From: Phoronis australis
Taxonomy: Eukaryota > Animalia > Phoronida
Length of the DNA: 63,777 nucleotides
Direction of reading: 5' to 3'
Assembly (NCBI GenBank): GCA_002633005.1
Contig: NMRA01000096.1
Coordinates: forward strand, 699,691 to 763,467
Position numbers and translations under genes: made by a program. Below, one piece after another: positions 1 to 13,072 of the stretch (its first letter is position 1; each line of letters begins with the position of its first letter). Under the pieces are notes generated by a model. That model saw only the letters and a list, made by a program, of their open reading frames with translations, was not told the origin of the DNA and did not search any database.

Positions 1-19
1 GAAATTCGAACCAAAATCG

Positions 20-970
20 TATGTCATCATTGTAAAACACCGTTCCTTAACAGGCTGTTAGAAAATATTCACAAATGAGTCTTGGTTTACAACTCCCTGG
101 TTCATCCAAACATCAGAGAAACCATACATTGACAATAAGTTGCGGAAAGAGCTTGCCCAATTATATATTAAGTGCTCTCATTATTGCGCAATTTCGGAAG
201 TTTCGCAAGAAAGCAATAAAGACAAACCGTTGTAAACTCACTCGATGTCATTTATGCGCCGCACTGTGCCATAGGGCATCAGTAAAATCATGAAAACGTC
301 GTTACATACATAAAATCAGCTTACGACCACCATACCTGCACTTTGTGCAGACCATGGATAACGAATGCCAAGACTATGGCGGGAAACATATTTAAAGGCC
401 ACTGTCACGTGACCAACGAAGGAATCGGGAGTTCAAAATACGGGGGTTATTACAAATGCTCACAACTACCCAAACAATTCCGTGCATTGTCAATACGAAT
501 GATTGCGTCTTCAGTAACAGCAAGGTCTACCAAGACTAGAGTCATTCTACAAATTTTTACATGATTTTTTTCCAAACTAATATTCTATGAAACCCCAAAT
601 TTCGGCACCATAAAATATTGATGGGTACACCATTTTATCTAATATCTGAAAAACAAGTGACGTTGGCATGTCGCGACATCTGTGCTGTAATTTCAAAACA
701 CGTAGCGCAGCTTTGTTTCCTTGAAAAGAGAGGTATTTGTCGCTTTCGACAATAACAATTTGAATGTAATGAAAATACCAAGACATTTATAGTGAGATAT
801 AATATCAACTTGTTTGTCAAAGTACCATATTTTATAATGTTTTATAGGGTCATCGTTTCAAATTACTTTTGTTTTCATTAAAGTTCCTAATCATTCCCCA
901 TGAGTCACAGCAATACCTAAGACAATTCAAGATACGTTGCACGTTAGTTGCTGTTAGGAGCACAAAACCA
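20..970 (-). mobile_element. Degenerate non-LTR retrotransposon (RTE-X-like LINE) ORF2 fragment
   Basis: Minus-strand pieces NVQRILNCLRYCCDSWGM, ILDKMVYPSIFYGAEIWGF and WMNQGVVNQDSF are collinear with the better-preserved LINE at 43085-44665 (LQRMLNCLYDYCSSWGM, LFDKIAVPTMCYGAEIWGF, WLNQGV); many stops and frameshifts. Boundaries approximate. Confidence 0.8.
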
Positions 971-1019
971 TGCCATCTCCAATCACATGCTCATCTAATG
1001 AGGTAATAATTATGTCGTT

Positions 1020-2770
1020 TCTTAATCGAGACTTTCTAAAAACTCGTTGAGACACAAAACACGTAACAGTGGTACGAGCTAAAGAAATCTGTTACACCAT
1101 CACGTGTTTGACATATGATCTTAAATTATATTGATCGTAAAATGATAAATTGACGAGATTGAAGCTGTCAGAGGTGAGATGCGTATCTTATCTATCTCCT
1201 AAGATTACGAAATGAATTTATTCATGTGTTGGCGGATCGTGTCCGGGAAAACTGAATGAAATTAAGTCAGCCAAATACTACGCAATGGTGTCTGACAGCA
1301 CTCCTGACCAATTCCAAACAAACCAAATATTGGAAACCTTCGTGAAAATTGACGAGAACAACGTAGAAGTAAAAAAAAATAAAAACATGCATGGAGTTCT
1401 TTGCTATCAAAGGGAAAAAAGCGTTGATATCAGCGATGACAGCGTGCAACAGCTGGCTTAAGTCGGAAATGACATTTCATTGTGTCTCACAGGTCTATGA
1501 CAATGCCACAACTATGACAGAAGTGCACGGGAGAGTGCAGGTTCTATTGAAACAAGAAAATGAAAAAGCTGTTATCAATGTCTGTATTGATCACTCATTA
1601 AATTTACGTGGAGAACACTCGTTTTCTGAGAATGCATCGTGCGTGACATTCTTCAGAAAATTGAAGAGACTTTATTCTTTTTTTTTTCTCTTCATCCACT
1701 CACCAGTGGGGCATTCTTAAACAGTACAGTGGAGCATCTGTTAAAAGAGTTAATACTACATGATAGAACTCTCACTAGTCTGCTGTCGAAGTGATGATGG
1801 GTAATTATGGCGAAGTTCTTAAAGCCCTAGAATCCCTGTGTGATCCAGATGAGAACATATTGACACACAAGGCTTTTGAGAATGTCTTCACATTGTCATC
1901 AGTGATTTCACCTTCTTATGCTACGTGTACTTCTGGTATGAGGTACTTATCGAAGTCATTGATGCCCAAGCGTACTTACAAACCTAGGGCTTAGCAGTTG
2001 ACAAAGTCGCTACAAAAATCAGGGATGGGTTAATTTTTCTCCAACAGGAACGTGACAGGATTGTTCAAAATGTCATTGAAAACGCAACCACGAAAGCCCA
2101 ATTGCATGTCGCTGCGGTGGAGAAGCGCGTTAGGATGACAAAGGAACTGACAAGAGAGCAGTTGTCAGACGTAAGTCTATCGTTGACGGACCAAAACAAA
2201 CGAGGAATGCTCGAATGCTTGGACAGATTCGCAGCTGAGTTGAATTCCAGATCGCAAGCAATGGTGCAAATCGTGATTTTGTTCGGTCTCGTCTTAACCA
2301 CTGATTTGACCAACTCCACTGAAGAGTGCATTAAGGCATATATGTGATGAAACTTGCTGGTTTCTATAGCAACTGTGCATCCAAACGGACAATCGAAACA
2401 CCTATATCGAGAAGGCACTTAGAAGTCGCTGGAATTAAGCGGAGAGTTCAGGAATTCGACTTCGTTGGATGTACTTCAGTTCATTAGTGAATTCGAATGG
2501 GAAATTCAGGAGTCACTCTTAAATTTAGTGATAGCCTAAAAGCTGTTTCTGACAATTTATGTATCTGTGGCCTCTTGTGAAAGAAGCTTTTCTAGGTTAC
2601 AGGTCTTTAAAACAAACGCATCTGAGATTTTAAAAAAATGACTCAAACAACCATGGATGCCAGATCTGGCAATGTTTTCAGTTGAAAGCGAGTTGGCCAG
2701 AGACATAGATTTTGATGCTGTCATTGACAAATTCGCGTTTGAGAAAATTAGCATATCGCCATTTGTGTGA
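1020..2770 (+). mobile_element. Degenerate hAT transposase (ZMYM1/DUF4371 type) pseudogene
   Basis: Frameshifted motifs YLSPKI..NEFIHVLADRV, KSAKYYAMVSDSTPD (first catalytic Asp), SQVYDNATTM, VCIDHSLNL (CxxH), and the C-terminal dimerisation region SVASCERSFSRL...LAMFSVESELARDIDFDAVIDKFA. Confidence 0.88.
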
Positions 2771-2777
2771 AAAGCAT

Positions 2778-3100
2778 GTCTGAACTATTAATAATAGCAA
2801 CGAGATTTTTCAACTTCAACATGTTTCAAACATCACAATGACAAGCAATCAAGGCTATCTAACAATCTTGACCCACACAGTGGACAGTAGAACTATCAGC
2901 ACGCATCATAGCAACAAAACACCCAAGACAATTCATAACACCAGTGACAGCCTGTGCTTATTCAGTTCAGGCTTGGGTCAGCTGATGTGAATTTGCTGAC
3001 TCACGGATTTTGAGTTCCTTAGTTGAGACATCGAAAGATGTTGAAGTTGAAAAATCTCGTTCTTTTTATTAATAGTGTCACTTACTTGTCTTCGTTCAGA
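2778..3100. mobile_element. Non-autonomous element with about 44-bp inverted repeats (MITE/HINE-like)
   Basis: ACTATTAATAATAGCAACGAGATTTTTCAACTTCAACATGTTTC (2784-2827) is the near reverse complement of 3033-3076. A related right end recurs at 17410-17486. Confidence 0.65.
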
Positions 3101-3678
3101 CCGTGTCTGAATTACCTTTACGGTCACTGAGTACCTTGTATTTTGGATAGCCGATTGTTTTTGCATAGAGGCAAATCTTTAGAGAAGCCTAAGGGGCGTA
3201 CTCAAAGATTTTTTCGCAAATATACACCTGTGCATTTATTTGATTTGACTTTTGATCCTTAAACCAGAGAATATGGGTCATGTATCTTTATTCCAAAAAC
3301 ATACTCTCGTATCATGGAATTTTGGCTTTATTTGTGTTCATGTGCATGTTTGTAAGTTCCTGGTGACTTAAGGCCCGACGACGAACTTGTTTGCACAATT
3401 CTGTTTCAGTGGTCCACCGCGCACTGTTATACAGCATTTGGAGCCTTGTACACGTGCATGCAGTATTTCCAGTATAAACCACAATAAATTCCAGATTTCG
3501 TGTTTCACGCCACGTGACTTTCCAAAATTCTTAAACCAAGGTGGGGATTAGTGAGTAGGCGGGTGTGCATGTGTGTGTGGCTGGGTGGATGAGGGATGAC
3601 ACCGAGAGTTCGCCCCGGGGGTCATTCACGCTAGGTACGCCACTATTTCCCCGACCCTCTGAAATAGTGGATGCGAGC

Positions 3679-3829
3679 CAGGGGCGGATCCAGGATTTTG
3701 TGTTGGGGGGGGGCAGGGCAGAGATTTTGCTAGTAAGACATTCGCACCTCCGTACTGCCAAATGGAATCTGGGAGAATCTTAGGGGGGGGCATGGTCTCC
3801 TTGCCCCCCTCCCCTTAAATCCGCCACTG
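3679..3829. mobile_element. 151-bp GC-rich MITE with CAG..CTG termini and 5-bp TSD
   Basis: Termini CAGGGGCGGAT / ATCCGCCACTG; identical flanks CGAGC at 3674-3678 and 3830-3834. Confidence 0.8.
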
Positions 3830-4059
3830 CGAGCGTAGTGCAAAACAGAGACTTAAATATTCCAGCAAAAAGGCCGTCTTAAATTGCGAGTTGTTACACA
3901 AATTCTCGTTAACCGTAAAAAGTGCAGTGGATCGACGACGATCCCTTGTGTTCGCGAAGAACTCCCACAGAGTTGGGAAACACGAACATCTAATCAATAT
4001 CACATTAAACGAGAGGTTTTAATCGTGGTAATTAGCCATGGGAAGTGACGCGCAGACGA

Positions 4060-4139
4060 GGAACGACGCCACGCTCGACGTGCACTGTAACTCTAGTACA
4101 GTTTCATCGCACCTGCAAGAGCGGACTGAGTCTCTCAAG
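4060..4139 (+). other. Possible non-coding 5' exon (strong donor AAG|GTAAGG after a CpG-rich stretch)
   Basis: CpG-rich 3930-4130 with GGAAGTGACG, followed by a donor at 4140. Could belong to the ANKRD34-like gene; start coordinate is a guess. Confidence 0.25.
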
Positions 4140-5776
4140 GTAAGGGTATTCTGATGTGTATCGCAGGCTGATATCTATCTTCTTCAAGGTTATTTAAAAT
4201 TTAAAACTTAATTGTGTATATGTGAGTTATGAGATCTTCATCATTATCAGAAAGAGGTTAGTATGTTCATATTTTTCTGCAGCAACGTCACGACTGCATA
4301 TTTTTGGCTGGGTGGCTGGTTCTCACAGATCTTACATGATACTTTACGCCATTTAAAAGGAACTGGTCACTGAAATCTGTTCATCTGCTGTTAGTCGATG
4401 AGATCTTTAGTTCAGAAATTTTTAAGACAGTCGGATATATTTTGTTTACTTCAGTATTTCCAACGCGAGATATGAAAATGTCTTGTAAAGAAAATGAGCC
4501 AAAATATCGACTCCCTCACATAAATGCGATTCCTGCACCAGGTACGAATTCCCCATGTTTATTCTTTCAGGAGACCACGATGGTTTTATTTGAGGTTATA
4601 CGCACAACAATATGCGAATATTACAAAAATCGATACGTTTTATTTCCATCGTCAATTTCGAAGCTATCAGCGAAAGTTTTTGTACGTCTTGATTTCACCT
4701 GCAGCTGTTAATCGATATACAGAAAGGGTAATCGTTATGCAGTCCGCAGACGAGATTATTCTAAAAACAAAACGTTTCTGTGATAAGCTTCAAAAATCAC
4801 ACCTCTTCTATGACATGATTCATCCTATATTCCACGTAGTTCGTAAACAAAATCAAGAAACGATCTGCTTCAAGCGGTCAGTATTTGACCATGGCAACCC
4901 AGTCATTTCTTTCAATGGAACATTCAAACTGAAGCATCACTTTTATTGGACTATTTTCATGTTTTTAACCTGTATAACATGTATCAGTTTTTTTCAAATT
5001 TAAATGGGTTACGTGTACAGATGTACCCCAAAATGTAACAATTGACTTTCCGACGGGCATCGACATATGCCGTATACACAGGTGTTTGGGATAACGGTCA
5101 CTCCGAGCAGTACCGCAGACGGAAGCAGACATGTAATGTGGAAAGATCACTTCATTTTAATAGAATTTCAAGCAGTCAAAAGTTCATTTTATCATGGATA
5201 AAAGTTAACTCAACTGCCAGCTCGCACAGATATCAGTCCGCGTGACAATTTCTAGATTTTGAATTAGATGATTCATATTTCATATATGTTCGTAATAGCA
5301 TATCTAAATATTTGAATACTTATATTAGATACTACTTACATGTATATAGTTCTGTGTATACTACTTTCATCTATGTACTGTCTACGACCCAGAAATAATG
5401 CTACGACCCAAAAATAATGCCTCGCCATTTCTGGGTTTGTCATTGTTTCCCTTTTATGTTCTGTGTATTATTCAATACAGAAATATCACCTTGAAAAAAA
5501 CTCTTTTTTCACAAATCTACGATCCGGGATACGTACCGATAAATTTATTGTCGCTCTCCTCAAACAGATAAATATACTCACTATCTAGTCGATACAGCAA
5601 TCAGTAGTGTTATACTTGTTCATCACTGCCTGTACCAGACTGGTCACCAACAAGAGCGGGCATTATTAGTCAATTCTGCATGTGTTATTGAAACTTAATA
5701 CGCTACGCTACACAGAGAGGTAGATATGTTACATCTTGTTAAAATCGACTTGATTTTTGTGCAGCACTGAACGTAT

Positions 5777-5920
5777 CAGGGGCGGCTCACCATAGGGGGC
5801 TGGGGGCACTATAGCCCCCACTTATTTCAGTGCTTCGTCGCCCATGGGCATGGGTGGCTTGCACCATAGGCGGGCTGGGGCTATAGCCTTCCACTTACTT
5901 CAATGCTGCGCCGCCCATGT
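5777..5920. repeat. Two tandem copies of a roughly 70-bp GC-rich dispersed repeat
   Basis: CACCATAGG..GGCTGGGG..CTATAGCC..CCACTTA..TCA.TGCT.CG.CGCCCATG occurs twice; related sequence at about 49180-49280 and 19105-19121. Confidence 0.6.
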
Positions 5921-7175
5921 ATATATGAGATTTAATATCTTGATTGGTTTTACATATGCAACTGTCATTATTCGGTCGTTGCAACTTAAGCATGCCAACC
6001 TGTCAACCTAATTTTGTAATGTTTAGTTAAGATCAATAACGAGACTGTTTCAGCATCGGAGCTTTGAGCTTTTGGCTAAATAGACGCGTTTCTGTTCGCG
6101 CCAAAACTCCATCTGAAGCGTTTTATGTAATGTACACATTCAGTGAGAGTTGGAATTCCATTTTCGAGGACGGGGGTTCGTGAAATTATTTGTCTAGTAT
6201 TCATAGTGTTGGTAGGTATAGTTTACTATGCATCCAGGTGAAAGTCATAAGATTTGTTATCTCACTGTCGCACTTTTAAAGTGGAACTTGCAGGCTAATT
6301 CCTTATCTCTGCAATTGCTGGCCAAATTAGTTAGAAACACAACATAAAGCGACGATGTGAATATGAAGTAGCTTGAAAGTTGCTAAATGTTTTTAGAACG
6401 AGTTTTGCGGCGAAAATGACCCGCCGCAAATCACTGAACCGTGTCCAGTAAGTATCGGACGTGGTACCGGGGATTAAAACTGCCCGAAGCAAGCTTCGTG
6501 AGCACGCCAGGTTCGTCATTGGTGCAAAGGTCACTTATCGGCAGAATTTTTTATTTTCACATTTAGAAGTTTGTCAATGAATACAGCTGCACATTGTTCA
6601 ACGTAGATAATTATGTTAAAACGTCTTTGTCGTTTAGTTCCTGCTGTACATTAGCATAGTTAGGAGCATGCAAATACATCTTAAAAGGACGAGAAAAGTG
6701 AATTTCTGACATCAACCTCAGCGGGTTCTAATGTTCTGCTGGCGGAGCTGCGCCCGACTTGAATGTCTGTGTTGTATCTAGTCAAACCAGGCAACGACAA
6801 GTCATCTGTAGCGCGTTTGGTTTAGAATTTAGATCTTCGAATAAAGTCGATAAATGTGCGCTCGGTAAGACCTTCCATCATTACCCTTATTGACTGACAT
6901 GACACTTTTGATTGTTTCAATTAATTCTCAATTGGAGTGTTTTACCTGCAAATATTCACGTTTTTGGAACAGCAAATCTTTCCAAAACTCATGTTACATG
7001 AACAATTGAGACTCAGAGGTGGATTTAAATAACCACAAAACGACAAATGTTTTAGATATTTGCCTTAAAAGAACAAAAAAAGGTTTTGGAAGATTCAGTT
7101 AGCCAAAACGCTATTTTTAGCAAGAAGTGCTGGTGGACCTTTCCTAAGCGAAGTGGCCGAGGGTTACTGTAGGAT

Positions 7176-10100
7176 TAGACCGGCAGCCCAGAGCACTTAG
7201 CATAGATGAACGAGGTACCAACATCTGACCACAGGAGCATTTAAAGTCCACCACAGTATGTACAGAAATGGACGTCTGCCGTTGCCTGCACTCTGGGTGT
7301 GACCCCTGGGGGCCTTACAAACAGCCCAAAAATGAGCTAGACTAGATATTCGAGGTACCAACCAAAACTGATTTTTAAAAAACGAATAATAGTACCGCAC
7401 TGAACACCAAATGACCCATGACAGACAAATTGTACTCTGGAATGGGTCCGGCAGAAACCAAAAATGGACCCCCCAAAAATGAGCTAGCACATACATTCGA
7501 GGTACCACACAAAATCAATTCCATGTGATTCAATACATGTCACAGATCACTAAAACCCCTATGACAGACAAAATACACTCTGGGTTGTGCCCGGCAGAAA
7601 CCCCCAAAAATCTCAACCATGGTATGCCATCAAAAATTTGAGCTAGACTAGATTTTCGAGGTACCGGCCAAAACTGATTTTAAACGAACAATAGTACCGC
7701 ACTGAACACCAAATGACCCATGACAGACAAATTGCACTCTGGAATGGGTCCGGCAGAAACCAAAAAAGGACCCCCCAAAAATGTGCTAGCACATACATTC
7801 GAGATACCACAAAAACAATTACATTAGATTCAATACATGTCACAGGTCACTAAATGCCCTATGACCGGCAGACAAAATACACTCTGGATTGTCCCTGGCA
7901 GAAACCCTCAAAAATCTCAACCACGGTTTGCCATTTTTGAGACAGTTAGATTTTCAAGGTATCGGCTTAAACTGATTTAAAACCAACAATCGTGCTGCAC
8001 TGAAAACCCAATGACCCGTGAAAGACAAATTTTACTCGGAAATAGTCTACCAAAAACCCAGAAAGGACCTTAAAAAATGGAGGTACAATCGTTCATGCAG
8101 CTTTCCCCTGCTAATTCAAGTACTCGGGTGGGAAATCCAAACAACTGGACAACAAGATATTAAAAATTGCAACACGAAAATCGAAGTACACAATTGGTGA
8201 CAAAAGTTGTGTATTTAATGAGTTAACTGCAAAAAGCGGGACCGCAGGAAACAAAAACTAATTATAAAAAACTTTCGTTCACTAAAGCCTGTGTTTACTC
8301 TCATGATCACTACAAGCGAAAAGCAGACGGGTGTCAAGATGTAAGACAGTTAACTCGCCTAGTGGTAACTTTTTGATGAAATTTTTACATGATGTCGAAA
8401 TTCAGTGTAGTGTATAGTGTTTGCAATGTTTTAGTTTCGCGGAGTCATTTGTCGATGGCCGACATAATGTCTTCCGTGATAAAATACAAATCACCCCTAA
8501 TTTGGTGCGCAGCCACCCGGTGGAGTCCCAATGCAATTTAAAAAAATGTATAAACAACGATGTGTTTCCGTAACAAGGGTTCTCGCTGCAACATTGCCTG
8601 AAAATTGCATGCAATGACAGGGTGTGACGTCACAGCAGCAGGGAAAGTGAGGCCTCTGGAAATCTTGATGAAAGACTCATCTGGGACACTTATCAGCTTC
8701 TTCTCAGAGTTAATAAGCGTAGATGTCCCAGACGAAAGAAAGTTAGAAGAAAACATATGCCTCTTATTTAATGAAGGGAGGAGTCAAAGATGTCAATGAA
8801 GCGTCGATATCTGAAATTAATAGAGGTGACCGGAAAAATGAACAAGGTAATAACTGTAATTGATAAAATATAAAAAAACGAAAAAAATTTCAAATGTTTT
8901 CATAGTGTTAAACCAAAATGCCCAGTTTCACGTCAAAAAACAGTAAATGGTGGTGAAGGAGCCCCCATTTGGCGAAGTGGGCAAAAAGGTCCGCCTCAGA
9001 GAAACAAACATTCCGTGGAAACGAGACAAAAGTCCACTAAAAAGGCGCAGACGCAAAGTTCACAGTACTGAAGGTGGTACCCCGATTTTTTAGTCCTCCA
9101 GCTTTTCTGTTAGCAAAAGGTCCACTTGGTCAGAAATTCGAGCCCCCCTCCCCAAAACTAGATGTCCAACATCAAGAAGACTGACTGCGCATTGCTTCCT
9201 CCTTGCCGAAAGACACTATTGAACAAGCTCAAACGAGCCCATGTTGCCTTGCTCTGAGGCCAAGTGGATTCGGCCGATCCGGGAAACGGTTTGGATCCTC
9301 TTACCTACGGTTGGAAGGTACAAGATGGATACTTCATAGCGTATTTGGTAACCAGTAACATCTATTTGAATCACATGGAATTGTTTATTGTGGTACCCCG
9401 AATGATTACCTAGCTTCTTTTACTGTGTAATTGAGTTTCTGGTGAACGCCTTCCAGAGCACAATTTGTTTTCTGTCATGGGTCATCTGGTGGATTGTTGG
9501 TTTTAGTCAGTTTTAGCCGGTACCTCGGGTATCTAATGTACCTCAAAGTTTTGATAGCATATATTGTGGTTGAGATTTTTTAGGGTTTCTTCCAAGCACA
9601 ATTCAGAGTGTATTTTGTCTGTCATAGGGCATTTAGTGACCTGTGACATGTATTGAACCTCATGGAATTGGTTTTGTGAGGTACCTCAAATGTATAAGCT
9701 AGCTCATTTTTTTTTGGGGGGGGGTCCTTTTTTGGTTTCTGCTGGACCCATTCCAGAGGGCAATTTGTCTGTCATGGGTCATTTGGAGTTCAGTGTGGTA
9801 CTATTGTTCGTTTAAAATCAGTTTTGGCCGGTACCTCGAAAATCTAGTCTAGCTCAAATTTTTGATGGCATACCATGGTTGAGATTTTTGGGGGTTTCTG
9901 CCGGGCACAACCCAGAGTGTATTTTGACTGTTATAGGGGCTTTAGTGATCTGTGACATGTATTGAATCACATGGAATTGATTTTGTGTGGCACCTCGAAT
10001 GTATGTGCTAGCTCATTTTTAGGGGGTCCTTTTTGGTTTCTGCCGGACCCATTCCAGAGTGCAATTTGTCTGTCATGGGTCATTCGGTATTCAGTGCCGT

Positions 10101-10288
10101 ACTATTGTTCGCTTTAAATCAGTTTTGGCCGGTACCTCGAATATCTAGTCTAGCTCATTTTTTGGGGTCTTTGTAAGGCCCCCAGGGGTCACACCCAGAG
10201 TGCAGACAACGGCAGACGTCCATTTCTGTACATACTGAGGTGAACTTTAAATGGTCATCTATGCTAAGTGCTCTGGGCTGCCGGTCTA
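7176..10288 (+). mobile_element. Academ-like (XPG-type) DNA transposon derivative with about 0.9-kb TIRs
   Basis: Perfect inverted ends TAGACCGGCAGCCCAGAGCACTTAGCATAGATGA; arms about 7176-8070 and 9360-10288 are inverted copies; internal remnant LHAMTGCDVTAA-GKVRPL (8605-8800) and LLPPCRKTLLNKLKRAH..LDPLTYGWKVQDG (9190-9335), typical of the XPG/H3TH-like region of Academ proteins; TAG..CTA termini. No clear TSD. Confidence 0.75.
7334..8070 (+). repeat. Subterminal 306-bp tandem repeat (dimer of about 150-bp subunits) within the left TIR
   Basis: GAGCTAG..CGAGGTACC recurs at 7334, 7481 and 7640; mirrored in the right arm about 9400-10160. Confidence 0.85.
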
Positions 10289-12711
10289 TCTGCTATACAG
10301 CACGTCATGTGGCTAGGTTTAAAATTAGTAAAGTTATTTTAACCACGTAATTCAAATAACTCTATGTGATTGCTTGTCGCTTTGATTTCATGGAAATACA
10401 TATCGATCGTACCGGGAATTCAAATGTAAATTCTGATACTGGATGTATGGTTGCAGGAAACGACGCATTAAAAAATTCCTTAGATGTGAAATTAAAAGAA
10501 CGGCATTTACTTTTCGACGTTAGGTTATTTGGCACATGAAATCGATTATTATGACGTTGCTCTGTAAAATGAGATTCCGTTGAGAACTGGATTATGCATG
10601 ACGTTCTGAACACGTGCTTCCTATAACTCCTCCAATGGATATATAGCCTGGGGCGGTTTAATATGGACAAAAACCGTATTTGGTTATGATCTGCGCTGCT
10701 CAATTCATTCTGAAGCTGCGAAAAAGAGCACGCCCGCATATTTTTGCCGAGTTTATTGCGTCAACCACTTAGAGAAACGACAGTGTCATTGAAATCAATA
10801 CACTGGGTGCTACGGGGCCTTATTAAAATATACCCTTACTTCAAAAACACGGTTACCTTATCTGAAAACACTCAGACGTCAATTTACAATCTTTGAAAAT
10901 CAAGGATTTCCAGGTTGCGATACTCACAAGAATAAATGAAAATTGTGCCTAGCATTTTGCAACCGTTGTTTACAATACATCTATTTTTCTAAGCAGAAAA
11001 CTACTCCTACTCTTCAGTCGTGGTATCCAAACAAGGCAGCAAACATGCTCATGTAAAACAATTTCTTCCTGTTGCTCACAAAGGCGGTTGGTGAACACCA
11101 TTATTTTAGACAAATTTATGTGAGCTTATACAAAATTAAAACCATCCGAGTAAAAAGTACAACTTACCGAAAGTTATTGAATTGGAATTTTCCAAGGTTG
11201 TGTATAATCACCCAAGTCAATTTGGTAACAAATTTGACCAATGGGCGTATTTTCGGAAAAAATTCCGAAAGTATCACGATGGGCTTCTTTTCGGTAGCTG
11301 TATGTTTTGAAAATCTGATGGTTTGTTCTGAATATTGTTCATTTTGGTAAGACACCATATTTTGGGATCGCTATTTCACTCACTAATGACTATCAGTTGA
11401 GATATTGTGTGACGTTGTTGGTAACTAATTATATTAGCACAATATGAAAGGCAGTTTTAATGCCCTTGTTTCCAAAAATAGCCCCCCGCCTCCCAAAAAC
11501 GCGAATATTCGGTTTCATTTGACGTTTTTGAATGTTCGTTTTCCTAATATCCGCCCATGAGCCTATTTTCGGAAATTCCCACAAGGAATGTATCTTACAG
11601 GGGCGAATGCATTAATGTGTAGACAAAGGATTTTAATTTTTAAAAAATAGCCTTCATCATGTGTATCTGCGTCTGGCTACAGGGATGAATTGAAGAGTAT
11701 AACTAGAGAGGCCGTTTGTGTAACACACTTCATTCGGTGCACCTTTGGCAAGCGATAGAGTTACAGGCTATGTAAAAAGTGTCCAAAGAAGCATTGAAAG
11801 AGACACCAAAGAAGCGTTGAAAAAGTGAAACCTGAAAAGCGTTGAAAAATTAAAACGGAACCACTTTTGATAATTTTACTGAAATATATGGACCAATAAT
11901 TTCAACTGTACATAACTGGGTGCTTGTCTACATTTTTAGTTACAAAGTTTGTCACGAGAATATGGTTTGAAACCTATCGGTATACAGATTGTTAAGCCAG
12001 AATAGTTAGAAATCTCAAGGAAAATGCTAACCATCCGAATCTTCTAGAGAATGTACGGTTTCATCTGGGCATTGCATTCATTTGTATTCCAAAGAACCTA
12101 TTTTTGTCACTAAGTTATCAAATTTCTCAACATAGATTCTGTAGATGCACACAACAAAAATGTAAAGTTACATGGGATCTACTTGTCTGCAACCACAAAA
12201 ATATTGAAGCAGTTGGATGTAAATCAATACTGAATAACAAAAAGTTTCGATTCTTTCATTAAAGCCTTCCTCGATCGAATTTTTGCTAAACTTGCTGTCT
12301 CCTTTCAGTGCGATGATCTCAGCAATCTTCTCAAGAAAACTCGATATCATCACTCAGATTTCCACCGCTTTGTTTTTCTCTTCATACTTGTAGCGATAAG
12401 ATCTAATTGATAGTTATCCTGGAAAGGCAAAACATCAATTACTGTCTATACCGGTGCATAAGATCAAAACAAATGGCGATAGCGCATAGTTTGATCAGCT
12501 TCGGGTACACCACGTAAATTGTTACTCAGATGAAGAACACAAGAGCTTTATTCTCACAATGTCACGACACGGTGTCATTTAAGTATAATAGATTCTAGCA
12601 TAATTACACTAATATAATACAAACTACATAACTGTTCTTGGATGAACATTACACGATTAGCTTACAGTAGTTTACTTTACTATGGCAACAGCGTCTTCTG
12701 TGTTGTGTTAA

Positions 12712-13072
12712 AAGGACAACAAAACCGGTTTTGGCTCATAACAGATAGTAAAAACGACTTTCCCGTCCAGTTTTCTGAAACGAAATCGTCCTTCTCAACC
12801 TCGACAATTAACCCTCAAAAGTTTGGAGGAAATTTTGAAAACTCCTTTCAAAGCCTGCTAAATGGGCAAGCGTGACCTACGCCTTTTGCGGAAAACACGG
12901 CAATTGTGGGAAAGATCAGCCACTAAGGACCATGGTGCCCAAATTGTGAAATAAAGGAATGTATGAGTTTTAGTTGATTCCTGATTTTATCTTTCAAGAC
13001 TGACGATAATGATAAATTAGTAGGTGACAACGAGGATTGGTTGAAATCATTAAAACAGGGTTTGCTATCCTT
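12712..13072. mobile_element. Kolobok-like MITE (TTAA TSD, purine-purine ends)
   Basis: TTAA|AAGGACAACAAAACC ... GGTTTGCTATCCTT|TTAA; TTAA at 12708-12711 and 13073-13076. Confidence 0.6.

Noticed and set aside
7197-7843. Repeated Trp/Phe-rich membrane-like ORFs
   Set aside because: Translations of the 306-bp TIR tandem units; non-coding.
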